From assembly GCA_010093815.1 (NCBI GenBank), contig ML996577.1: DNA of 64,000 nt. One strand, written 5' to 3'. The notes beneath the pieces were generated by a model. That model searched no databases. It saw only the letters and a program-made list of their open reading frames with translations, and was not told the DNA's origin. How positions within the stretch are numbered: the stretch's first letter is position 1; every line of letters begins with the position of its first letter. The DNA is from Pseudovirgaria hyperparasitica. Lineage: Eukaryota. The position numbers and the translations under genes were made by a program. Of this stretch, positions 12,476 to 23,670 are shown one piece after another.

Positions 12476-15403
12476 ATAGCCCCGCCGAAAAAGAAAACGC
12501 CTACCCGTAAAGAGTTATAAGATCGTTAAGTACTAATAAGATAGACGCGGTCCTAGTTAAGAGTCATGAGTACTAAAGTAGGGCCATTAACGGCTATTAT
12601 AGTATCGAGGCTATCTACTACTCTATATAGATAGGCTATAGAAGCTACGGAAGTAAATAAGTCTACTATTAACCGAATTATCGCTATCTAGGACCCGTAA
12701 GAGTAATAGGACTATATTCTAGACACGTTTAATAATCTCCTTTATATTACTAGCCTTATAGAATAGCTCTTAAGTAGTATAGTTAACCTCTTCTAGAAAG
12801 TAGGAGCCGTAATAGGGTATAGTAAGGTAAAGATTAACTCCTTTATTCCGAAAGAAGTCCACGAGATAATTCGTTATAGAAGAGATACTAACTCCTATAT
12901 TCTAAAAGCTAAAAATATAATCCTATAAAACTAGTGAAAAGACCTCCCTAATAACGATAGCTAGTTACTCTAATCCGCCCTCGGATAGCTCTAGTAAATA
13001 TAGAACTTTATAGAAAAGCTAGTAGCGCTCTTACGAGTGCGGACATAGGTAAGAGCGAGGAACTAGTTAAACGTATCTCTATAGTCCCGAATCGGCTAGG
13101 GATAGAAGGGAAGGGGAATTAAGGTATATCTTTAGAGCTCTAATATTAATACCGCCCTAGCTAGTAATAGTAATAAGAACGGTCTATCTCTCTAGTAACT
13201 CTCGAACTACCCTAGCCGATAAAATAAACTAACGTTCTATAATAAGACGGGACTTATTATCCCCGCTAGTTAATAGTTACGGATAAGTAGAATGGTTCAT
13301 AGGCCTATTAAATACTACCTATAAATCAAAGAGATAAGTATATCGCCTCCGCCTTAGACCTTACCGTCGCTAAAACTAGCGTAGGTAACGCCCGCGGTAA
13401 AGTCCCCTCTACAAAGTACGCCTTCTAGTTTAGTAGTATATTATCTCTTCGAAGCTAGTTATCCGTTTAAAGTAAGTATTCCTTCTACTACTACTAGTAA
13501 ACGTCCCTTACCGGGCCATGCAAGAACCTCTTTAGTACCCGTTATAGCTACGCCGATAAAACCTACTCGCGGACGTACCTTATCTACCGGCCCTTAGTAA
13601 TTACTAGGGGCGCCTATACGATAATCCCCGGTTATTCTTAGTTCGCACCCTAAGATAATAGTATTAGTCGAGGAAGAGGACGAGCCTAAGAAGTATCGAT
13701 ACGCGCCTTTAGTAACGAAGACTTTTAAGGTAGCTATATTATTAAAGAAGAATTTCACGAGCATTAAGGGAATGGCCCTACTAGTACGCTAGAAAGCGTA
13801 GATAGGTAACATAGCTATTCCGTATAAAGTCTACTATAAGCATTACTAAGACATAGCTAGAAAGAATAATATACTCGTTAGCGTGTCCTACTTAAACCTA
13901 GTAGTAAGACTTAAAATAGTATATAAGTTTAGAGATAACGTGGGGGCCCTTAAAGTTTATAAGGACTACTATATCTAGTTCGCGAAGTACGCGTGGCCAC
14001 CTTATCCGATAGAGGCATTAGATGTCTATCGTTACTAGGCCCTAGAGACCCCAAAGTAAGTTATTAATATTAAAACCATCCTTACTAGTATTATATTTAT
14101 AATTTAGAAGGAGGATAGTAGGATAGATAGGTAACTCTTCGACGAGTAGGAACGTACCGGAAGTATTAATATTAAAGGGCTCTTTGAGCTACTTAAAAAG
14201 ACGACCTCTATACTTAATAAGAGTATCCTAGAACTCGCGAGGGATGAATTTAATATATATAAGTACTACTAGCGTATGTTTAATAAGAAATCGAACTACG
14301 GCTAGCTACGAACTATATACCACTCCTACATCTAATAGTTTATTAGGTAATACCTACTTTACTAGCTTACCTATATCGCTCTTCGGCCCGATCTTAACTA
14401 CTATCTAATCTCGTACCTATACTATACGAAGTCCTAGAATAGGGGCGATAAGACGGGTTTTAAGTATCTCGATAACGCTATTAATCGAATCCTTAATCCT
14501 AGTAATAGATACGGGTTTAATATAATCTAGGGGAGTATTAGTCTCGACGACGAACGAAGTGACGACTATACTATAATCGTTCCCCGCTTCTATAAGTTCT
14601 TAAATAAATAGTAGTCGAAGGCTAAGCTCCGCAAGGGGGTTAATCGAAACGGTATAATCACGGCTATTAATGATAAGATCTATAATACGGACGATAGGAA
14701 ACGATTTAGTCCCTTCGTCCCGGTCCCCTACTAGTCCCTTAAAGTGCGTATCTCTAGCCTACTAATAATACACGGCGCCTAGGGTCCCGCAAAGGGTGGA
14801 AGACGTACGATACTTCCATAGTATATTACGATTAGCCCTAATTACATAATAATAGAAGTGCCTAAAATAGATACATAGGAATAACTCGTAGTAGCTTATA
14901 GGAATTTAACTCTAGGACCTATGTCTCCGTCGGGATTTTCTAATAAATATAGCGCGATTCCTTTTACCTTCCTAGCCGTAGTTTAACTCCCGAGTTTTAA
15001 CGCCGTTAGTAACGTATTAGTCGGCCGTAAAAGATAGGATAGCTAGAAGGTAAAAGAAGAGGTAGCTACGTAGCTTAACGTAAGTCCTTAATAACTTAAA
15101 GCTAAGGTAGACGCCTAGTTTAAGGAGGGCTCGAGGGTATTCGTAGAGACCTTTAAGAAAATAGTAAGGTAGAAAAGGCTAGTCTATAGGGATAGGTCGT
15201 TCTAGAAGGAATTTAACGAGGCACGCGCCGCTAAGCGGCTAATTAATTTTAAGAAATTTAAGCCCGACGCGGGCCTAGATAATATTATAGAGAACTTCTA
15301 TAGATAGGAGAGACCTAACGAACTATCCGACGAGGAGGAATCTAACCTCTCTAAGATAAGTAATACGATTCTTTAGGAGCTGGCTCGCGACCTCGAGTAC
15401 TAA
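12476..15403 (+). pseudogene. Extra ORF of Gypsy element 1 (~975 codons) with a C-terminal PhyH-like 2OG-Fe(II) dioxygenase domain
   Basis: Start, motifs and stop all lie in frame +2, beginning (M)APPKKKTPTRKE. Reconstructed motifs: GFK(H)LD 14456-14473, I(Q)GSISLDDE, (C)TIIVPRF(H), VRISS(P)LIIHGA (intact CAC at 14771), RRTILP(W). Confidence 0.7.
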
Positions 15404-15607
15404 GATTAGGCGCCTAAAAACCTACCTAATTATTAGTTAAGGGCTGCCCTTAACTAATAATCCGGGCTAAGGTTTACCCGCGCCGAGAGGTTTACTAGGG
15501 GCGCATTTTATTCGTATTAAGGTCTTTCTTTTAGGCGTTCTTTACACGGTTTCTTACACGGTTACTATACTACTAAGGGTAGTAGTTCTATGGGCCGGGG
15601 AGGTATA

Positions 15608-15931
15608 TGTAGAAGGCCGCTCCTATAGCCCTATATGTATATGTCCCTAGCTCGATTATATAGCTTTATTATATATTTAAGGAGGGCGTTTTCCTTGGTC
15701 ATTCTACTCGGCACGCTTCCCCCATTACTAATATTCGATAATTTAACCTTTTCTTACGTTTATAGGCCTCTATGGGTATTAATTATTAGGCTTAGCTATT
15801 AAAGAATTAATTAAGAGTATTATATAGACCCGTCCTATTATAAAAGAGAACTAATAAGAAGTCGTACGTTTAAAGAGAACTTATAATACCTAGGAGAGAT
15901 ACTTAGACATACGTGGCGATAGCTTACCATA
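15608..15931 (+). repeat. 3' LTR of Gypsy element 1
   Basis: tgtagaaggccgctcc...cttaccata, followed by the TSD gtag. Confidence 0.93.
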
Positions 15932-15935
15932 GTAG

Positions 15936-18600
15936 ATATATATCGGATAGTACATTAGCGAACGGCCTTAACTTTAAAATTCTTTCTATAGACGACGACT
16001 CTAACGGAGATGAAGTAAAGCTAGATATAGAGGACTTAATACCGGTAGATAACGATGTTAGTATAAAACTATAGGAAGCGTAAGTTATACTAAGAAGTAA
16101 GTAGGAATATATACTACTATACTAATGTACCTATAGAATATTCGCCGTTAATAACTCCGATAAAGTAGTCTAAGCTATCTCTTATTATATAGAAGAGATA
16201 CGGTTACTTACTATAAGTATATTTAGGCTTACGCTAGACGACCTAATAAAGGAGTTCGGCCATATACCCACTCTATATCTAGCCTTTAGTATAAGTAGGT
16301 TATATAGGCTATAGGCCGGCTAGTTACTCGCGGTAGTTACTATATTTAAGTAGCGGGTGGGTCCGTGAAAGTACTAGATCTTAGTAGATAGCCTAGGGCT
16401 AGAGAAGATAATCGTACTTATAACGTTTATCCGCCTCGCGTTTTATTAGAACTTTCTACGCGATAATATAGAACTTAATCTAGGAAATTATCTATAACCG
16501 ACTTAAGACTCGGGCATAGATAGGAAGTGCCCGATATAATCTCTATATCCGATTAAATGTCCGTATAGCTAGACCGATAATTTCGTCTATATGCCCCGCC
16601 TTTAAGGACTATTTATACTATACTACCTAAGGTCCCTTCTAATAGTGTATTAGCTATAGCGCTTTAAATAGATATATAACGATATGGATAGTATGTTTAC
16701 CGATTAAATCGATAAACGGAACCTAATAAAGATAATAGTGCGGCTAGTATACTCGAAAACCCTTACCGACGCCTCTAGTATCCGATAATTCTCGTATATA
16801 GACCGATAATACTTAGCTAAGAGATACCTACACCCCGAATAGAAACATAGCGTCGATATTAGTAATGCTACTAAATTCGAGACCGACAAGGAGTATATCG
16901 TTAGAGTATAGTCGATTCCCGTTAATAGAACCGCTACCACCGAATTTCCGTCGCGATACGCGAAGAACCATATAATCTATAGTACTATCTAGAGTATAGA
17001 ACCCTAATATCTTAAATCTTTTAAGGGATATATAGTTATAAGAGTAAAGAGGGCGAAATAATTTGGTACTAAAAATACTTAAACTCGCGAAGTAGCATTC
17101 CTCGGTATATTAATAGTAGACGAGTTCTATTCTATAAAGAACCCCGATATAAAATAGTATAAATATATAATATATAATACCCTTATATTTAGTATATGGG
17201 TTAGTATAACGCCCCTCTCGAATAGTCTAGTAGATATTCTAGCGGCTATCGAGGTAGATACTCCGGATAAGTTACCCGACTACGTTAACGATAATACTAC
17301 TAAAAGAGTATTCGAGAGCCTATAGAATAAAACTATAAGAAAGATTATTATAACGTAGTCGAATAAACTTCTTAGTTTAATAAAAGGTAAGCCGGCGGAC
17401 ATGATGGCCGCGATAGTCCGTAGGGCATTAGAAACTATAGAAGGTAAGCGTATACTACGTATAGTAGCCGATTAGTATTTACTATTCATTCTATAACGGG
17501 GACTACTAACTAAATGGTTTAATAGAGAGGCATGTCTATCTACGATATTAAAGCTAGTAGTAGAGTTTATATCCGTCCCGGCTATAGAACTAGAGAAGAT
17601 AATTATATAGTTATACGAGAATAGAGGTAGATAGTTTAATAATCTATAGCCTAACGGAACGCCGCGGGACTCGTAGATATAATCTACCGCCTAGAGTAAA
17701 TCGAAAGGGGGTACTAGGTCTAGGCTTAACGCATACTACCATTAGGCTAGGCTAGCTACTACGTGTATACTACTTATATACCTTACTAATAAAAAGATAG
17801 AAGATAAGTAAATTAATATCACGCTCACGCGTCGGAGGGATAGTAATAATAGTATACCGAGTAAGATAATTACTAATCCTATACGCGAAGTACTTCTATA
17901 GCTAGATAAGGCTATACGAAAGAAGATAGTATCGCTAGCTAATAAACACGCTTTAAAGGTAAACTAGATCTATAACTTCATTAATAATAATATTTATAAT
18001 AAAAGTACTAGACGCGCGCGACGAACATCCGCTAACCGCCTAGAGAAAATTATACTCGCATATACTATACCGGTAAGCTTAATGTTCCTATACTTAGTAA
18101 GTGTTTATACTACCTACTAGTAACGTAATTTACTAATATATATAGGTACTACGTCCATATATATAAGCGAAAATATTAGTATATTTACTAGCCGGCCTAA
18201 GTACGTCCGAATTAAATAAGGTATATAGATTATTTAGATCGACTAAGTCGGATTCTCCGTGTATTCTACTAGTATTAGCTTCGTAGGTCTACGAAGGATA
18301 AGATCTAATAGTTACTAGTTTTATAGTATTAGTAGACTAATGCTTACGTAAGGAGACGTGGCCGTAGGCAAGTATAAGATATTATCGCCATGGATAATAT
18401 CGGCCTATAGTATATGCATATACTTTAATTTTAGACTATTTAGAGGTCGAGGCTAGACTTACCGCGTTAGGCAAGGTAATCGAAAGCACGAGAATATAAG
18501 CCTTAGACCTAGAAAAAGGAGATGCAGCTACGGTAGAGATAGCTATATCTAATATACTAGTAATAGGCGTACGCTTTAATCCTATAGAGATATAGTAGTA
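15936..18600 (+). pseudogene. Degenerate SNF2-family (SF2) helicase/ATPase domain; its N-terminal part probably lies at ~2500-4613
   Basis: Frame +1, RIP-reversed: L(A)DxxGL(G)K(T) at 16381; LLIV motif Ia ~16635; ILIVDEF(H) at 17107-17130; WVSxTPLSNS ~17200; possible YRV(G)Q motif VI ~18460; intron-like gtaagt...ctaa...tag ~18097-18145. Confidence 0.72.
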
Positions 18601-18736
18601 TAGAAGTAAGTAAGGTAGTCGGTTAATTAGCTTCTAAGAGACTAGATAGTATAGTAGTATAAATACGAACCACTATTTACTCGTAATTATATATCTATAT
18701 ATATCTATACGTGAAGAGAAATAAGATATTTATTCT

Positions 18737-19270
18737 ATACCGTTATATAGTAGAACGTTACTATATATGCCGGCATATAACGGAATATTCCGACATACGC
18801 CGGTATATTATAGGATATTTCTAGATACTCGAAGTATAGTCGTAGTATAAAGTAGTATTACTATTATATACCGGCATATAGTAGGACGTTACTATATATA
18901 CCGGTATATAATAGGATTATGTTCCGACATACTATACGCCGCTAGTATATTATAGAATATTCCTAGATACTTAAAGTATAGTCGTAATATAAAGTAGTAT
19001 CGCTATACTATACTAGTATTTAGTAGGACGTTACTATATATACCGGCATATAACGGGATTAAACGTTTTCTTAACGTTCGATAGAACGATTCTAAAAGAA
19101 CCGGGACGGCTCTAGGAGAACTAGGACGACTCCGGGAGGACTAGGACGACTCTAGAAGGATTAGGATAACTCTAGAAGTACCGGGACGACTCTAGGAGGA
19201 TTAGGATAACTCTAGAAGTACCGGGACCCATTTGGGATAACTTTAGAAGTACCGGGAGACCTAGAAGCAT
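18737..19270. repeat. Subterminal tandem repeats: 3 units of ~130-140 bp, then ~8 units of 20 bp (ccgggacgactctaggagga-like)
   Basis: gtaggacgttactatatataccgg-like sequence recurs at ~18749, 18880 and 19022; 20-bp periodicity at 19100-19270. Confidence 0.8.
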
Positions 19271-19294
19271 TGGGAGCGCCGTATCTTTCCTAAT

Positions 19295-19521
19295 GGACGG
19301 GTCTATATAATACTCTTAATTAATTCTTTAATAGTTAAGCCTAATAATTAATATCTATAGAAGCCTATAAACATAAGGAAAAGTCGAATAGTCGAATATT
19401 AGTGATAGGGAAGCGTCCCGAGTAGAATAACCAAGGAAAACGCCCTCCTTAAATATACAATGAAGCCATGTAATCGAGCTAGGGACATATACATGTAGGG
19501 CTGTAGGAGCGGCCTTCCACA
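19295..19521 (-). mobile_element. Truncated inverted copy of the Gypsy-1 LTR (first ~227 nt)
   Basis: Reverse complement of 4614-4841; retains the TGTGGAAGG terminus at 19521. Confidence 0.92.
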
Positions 19522-19529
19522 CTATACAA

Positions 19530-20619
19530 TCTTAATCTAGGCCCTCGGTTTGTATCCAATTCTATATGCCGAAGTCTAACACGGGCTAGTGGAGGCATGG
19601 CATGTTAGCGTCTTTAGCGGTCTTCGCATTAATTAACTAGCTTACTTATACTCATCTAAGCAAGGTATTCCTTGACGTGTATACCTGATCTAAGAACGTT
19701 GTCGGGCATAGGACGCCGGGTTGCGATTTCCGTCTCACAGGCGCTAGCATCAAAGATATATATCTCCTTAGTTCCGGCCTTAGTAATAATATTACATTCC
19801 TATAAGTCGTGTTACTTAGATATTAGCATGTAAAGAGGCTTCTCGGAGGGCAACGTACCGCCATGAATCAAAGATAGCTTGACTTCACGCCCGCCAGATT
19901 CCAAAGGACCTAACACGGCTAGTATAACACGTACTATAACTTCCTCTACTAATTAGCTATCTAATATCCTTTCTCGTACCATGCGCTTGTTCGTCCATAA
20001 GTAGACTACCACGAAGTAGTTAAACGAAAAAGCTTACCTAACTTGGTTTCCATGTTTTATCTAGCTAAACGTTGCCCCTCGATGGCTTAACATGAAATCC
20101 AAACATATTTATGGGAGATATATTAGAGTTGTGCAGAGCAACAAGCTTTTCGCAACGTTTTGTTGGGTCTGGTTCTTGATCTACTGCTGTTATAAAGTCG
20201 CAAAGAAGAAAATTTGTCTCCGGTTCAGTCGAACTAAGCTTGCCCTAAGGGTGCGGTTTTAGAATAAGTTTTAGGGTACCTTTTGTACAACTCGTTCATG
20301 AACTCGAATTCTCCCTCTAGCATTGCTCGACCGCGATCATTTTTAGCGCACCTATTTTGGTAAGTAGTCTTTGTAGTCGATATGTCATTGAACATGCCGT
20401 TTAAGAAGAGCGACTTCGTTCCGTAATCTATTTTCGTAGCTGTAGTCTATTCTAAATCTACAAGGCCATGGTAGGACTAGAAAGTTACTCCGGAGGGCAA
20501 TTCTAAACATGTTAGTGGCTAGCCCATGAATTTGTACTTTTAAGCTTACTAGCAATCATAGCTTGATCGAGAGGGAAGTCGCCCTAAGTGTTCTCACTGT
20601 TTGCGGTGGGTGCAGCCAT
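19530..20619 (-). pseudogene. Fructosamine-3-kinase / protein-ribulosamine kinase-like pseudogene
   Basis: Minus-strand translation gives GDFPLDQ, GRAMLEGEFEFMNELYK, FLLCDF..EPDP..LVALH..SP.NMFGFHV, VLGPLESGGREVKLSLIHG and IYIFDASA, with many TAG/TAA stops at Gln/Trp positions. Confidence 0.75.
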
Positions 20620-21621
20620 GTCTACCATATTGGCGAGCCCTGCATAAAGGGTTGCAATGAACTTAAACTACTCTAGTCCACTTTTCAGTCTCTTTCTTAT
20701 TACGATGGCTTTCTATCAAGTAGCTTTCTTCTGTAAATAATAGATGATAGTAGTGTGGCTGTAAATGTACACGACTGAAAGAGCTTTGCGAAATTTGCTT
20801 GCGCAGGCGGTTTTCCAATGTAAAAACAGTTGTGTAAGAGCGCATTAGCACTAGAAACATCCATAGACTCGCTCTTCGTAGGGTAGAAATGGATGATATC
20901 TCTTAGTCAGTGCGAACTGTGCGCTCGTTCCACGACTGTACATGTCCCCGACCGCAGCCACTCCCAGTCTATGGAAATATAGACGAAATGATTAGTAAGT
21001 ATTAATATATAGTTTATTCAGCCTCTTATCATGTAACAAAATTAGTTTAAACCTAGGCTAATAAAAATATTAATTCTTCTCTATCTCTCATACTTCGCCC
21101 TGAAACACGAGCGAATTACCTCGAATAGTAAACTAGTTCTGGATTTCTTTTTGGATCTCTCATTACCTGATAGCAATAGGTAAGGAGATATAGTGAAGGC
21201 GATTTGCTCTCATTCATGATGTAATGAATGTATATAACGAGCCCCAAACTTTGGACCTATACGATGTGACGTCTGCCACTCGATGGCTACAAGCCATGAA
21301 GCAGTCCCCGATATCACGGACGGAGTACCTGGAAGATCAAAGAAGCGAAGACGCCTAGCAAAGACATGAATTGTCGACAGTCTCTTATTCCAATGGTGTT
21401 AGATCCATCTGAGATTTCGACTGTTCAGAAACGGCGTTTGGGTATGGAAATGGCCGCCGCTCCTTGGTACATCCACGAAACCCACTCACAAAATTCTGGA
21501 CGGGAACAAGGTACTAGATCAGGTTGTAGAAGCGCCATACGTCCTTGCACGGGACAGGCTTTTTTAAACAGACATTATCATATCATGTTCACCCTGCGTA
21601 CAGAATGGTGAGAGACTGAAA

Positions 21622-23237
21622 TCAGTGAAACCCCTTATTACAATCATCCATGTATCGTGTATCTTTCACCACTGCTCGCACGCCCTTGGAGTCAAGCCGC
21701 GGCTGCGCTGTCATGTACTCGTGCAGGAATATCACATCTCGGGCGTCAGTCTGGTATAGATCGAGGTTGTAAGTTGAGACCTTAGCTATCGTCTTGTACA
21801 TGATCATGTGAGCTAGGTTGACCCCGAGGCATCTTCGAGCGCCTTTCCCAAAAGACATCATGAATTTACGTCTTTCGTTCGCCACTCCATCGAGCCAGCG
21901 CTCCGGCCTAAACGTCCACGGGTCCGGGTAAAGTTCCTCGTTACAATTTACAAACATGCTCATTGTGGACATAGGAGTGCCTGCTGGAATGACATACTCT
22001 CCGTACTTGAGATCCTCGTGCGGGGCATTCCTGGAGTTCCGACCGGTCAGACCAAAGTTCAAGCGGTTTCCCTCTGCTATAACAGCAGTTAGGTACGGTA
22101 GACGTTCCAGGTCATTCCATGACGCATCTATAGCAACAAGGCGTAGCTCAGCTCGAAGCTTGCGCAAAACATCTGGATTGTCCAAAAGATGATAATGGAT
22201 AATGAACAACGACTTGTGCAAAGATTCAGATCCAGCAGTCACGATGAGAATGGCCTCGTTGAGGAGCCGTGTAGCAGTCTTGTCCCCCGCTGGGAGAAGA
22301 TTAGAGTCACGTAGCTCATGGAAGAGTGTCGGAATCGCGTGCCCATCAGACCTATTAGCTGTCGTCTTGTTTTGTTCATCGAGAACGAGCAAAATGAGTC
22401 CGAAGAGCTTCTTCGCAAATGATTGAAACTCGTAGAGTCCCGGGCTGGCGAACTTTAGCATAGCGGCGGGTAGTTTGCGCAACGTGCGATTGATCCACCC
22501 GAAATGGACGTTGATGTGAGAATGCATCATGAAAGTTGTCAGCTGGTTACGCGCTTGCTTCGCTCTTCCCATGTCGCTAATAAGTTCTTCGTCGTGTCCA
22601 AAGCAGTAATTCTTCACAATGTCCTGTGTAAAGCCAAAATAGAGATCGCAGAGATTGATCGGTCTTCCTTCAAATTTGTACACATCAAACACATCGTGAA
22701 GACTGTAAAGCTTCTGTTTGATGACCCTCTCGATCTTACTCACAGCGGGCTTACTGAAGAAAGGGACTAACGACGCTCTTCGCCTTCGGTGAAGCTCATG
22801 ATCAGCGGAGTCGCCGACAGACTGCGCGACGTCGAGGGTTTTAACGCGCCAGGGGTCCTTGTTCCGTGCCTTCGACGAGGAGTAGATAGTGTCAAGAAAT
22901 TCTAGATCTACAATATGGACTTCGTGTGGAGAGACTCTAATGATAGGTCCTATGGTTACGTTAGAGGAGGAGCAAGGGCATTAGTCACGGGTGGTATACC
23001 ATAGATCTTGTGTAGGCGCTCAACTTCCCAAATAAACATTCCATCTTTCCAGATGTTGAAATAAATCTCATACCAGTACGTTGCCGCGAGCAGTTTTGGT
23101 CCGGGAATTCGTGAGAGAGGATGAAGGTACACTCGATACACGAACAAGCACAACGACCAGCACAGAAGCGGTACGATAAATAGCCATAGTGATATGGACA
23201 GATGGACATCAAATAACAGGTGGGTGAACGAAAGCAT
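21622..23237 (-). CDS. Cytochrome P450 monooxygenase, 521 aa (exons 23237-23000, 22949-21622)
   Basis: N-terminal membrane anchor, HPLSRIPGP, YG|PIIRVSPHEVHI across a 50-bp intron, I-helix AGSES, EGNR, PERW, heme motif FGKGARRCLG; spliced length 1566 nt is in frame. Confidence 0.95.
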
Positions 23238-23670
23238 GACTGCAGGTCAAAGTGAGACAGAGGTAGTTCAGCATATTTAAAGGGCCATTATTGACCTAAA
23301 TCTTTTGTTCCACCTTGACCCGGCCGGCAAACATTGGTGATTGGATGATCGGTTGGCGGCCAAAATGCTGATCCATCCTACGGCTGATGATCCACAATCA
23401 CGCTTCACGCTATTCCTTACATCTCATGCTGTGCTCTTTCGACCATGGCCCTCTTGCTAGGGATATGTTTGACAGATATGCTATTAAGAAGGCATTTATG
23501 GCCACTACATTTCATGGAGCTTTAGAGTCATATGATTCATATTCAAAGATGGCTATAAACAGGAAATCAGCAGGTCAGACTGATTCTATCACTTCATCTA
23601 GTCAGAGCTCTCGACGTAATTCCCCTCGGCGGCAAGCGCCCAAGGTGCGAAAACTTAAGCAATACATACG

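Larger units (their letters stand above)
4614..15931 (+). mobile_element. Full-length RIP-inactivated Ty3/Gypsy LTR retrotransposon (~11.3 kb) with an extra third ORF
   Basis: Direct 324-bp LTRs; 4-bp TSD GTAG at 4610-4613 and 15932-15935; purine-rich tract before the 3' LTR; domain order gag-PR-RT-RH-IN. Confidence 0.93.
1..19294 (+). mobile_element. RIP-degenerated large repeat element of unknown class carrying an SNF2-like gene; left end outside window; interrupted by Gypsy 4614-15931
   Basis: AT-rich, TpA-saturated sequence with stop-riddled frames. The coding-like sequence resumes across the Gypsy insertion. Tandem subterminal repeats at 18737-19270 and an abrupt junction with a truncated LTR at ~19295. 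Confidence 0.6.
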
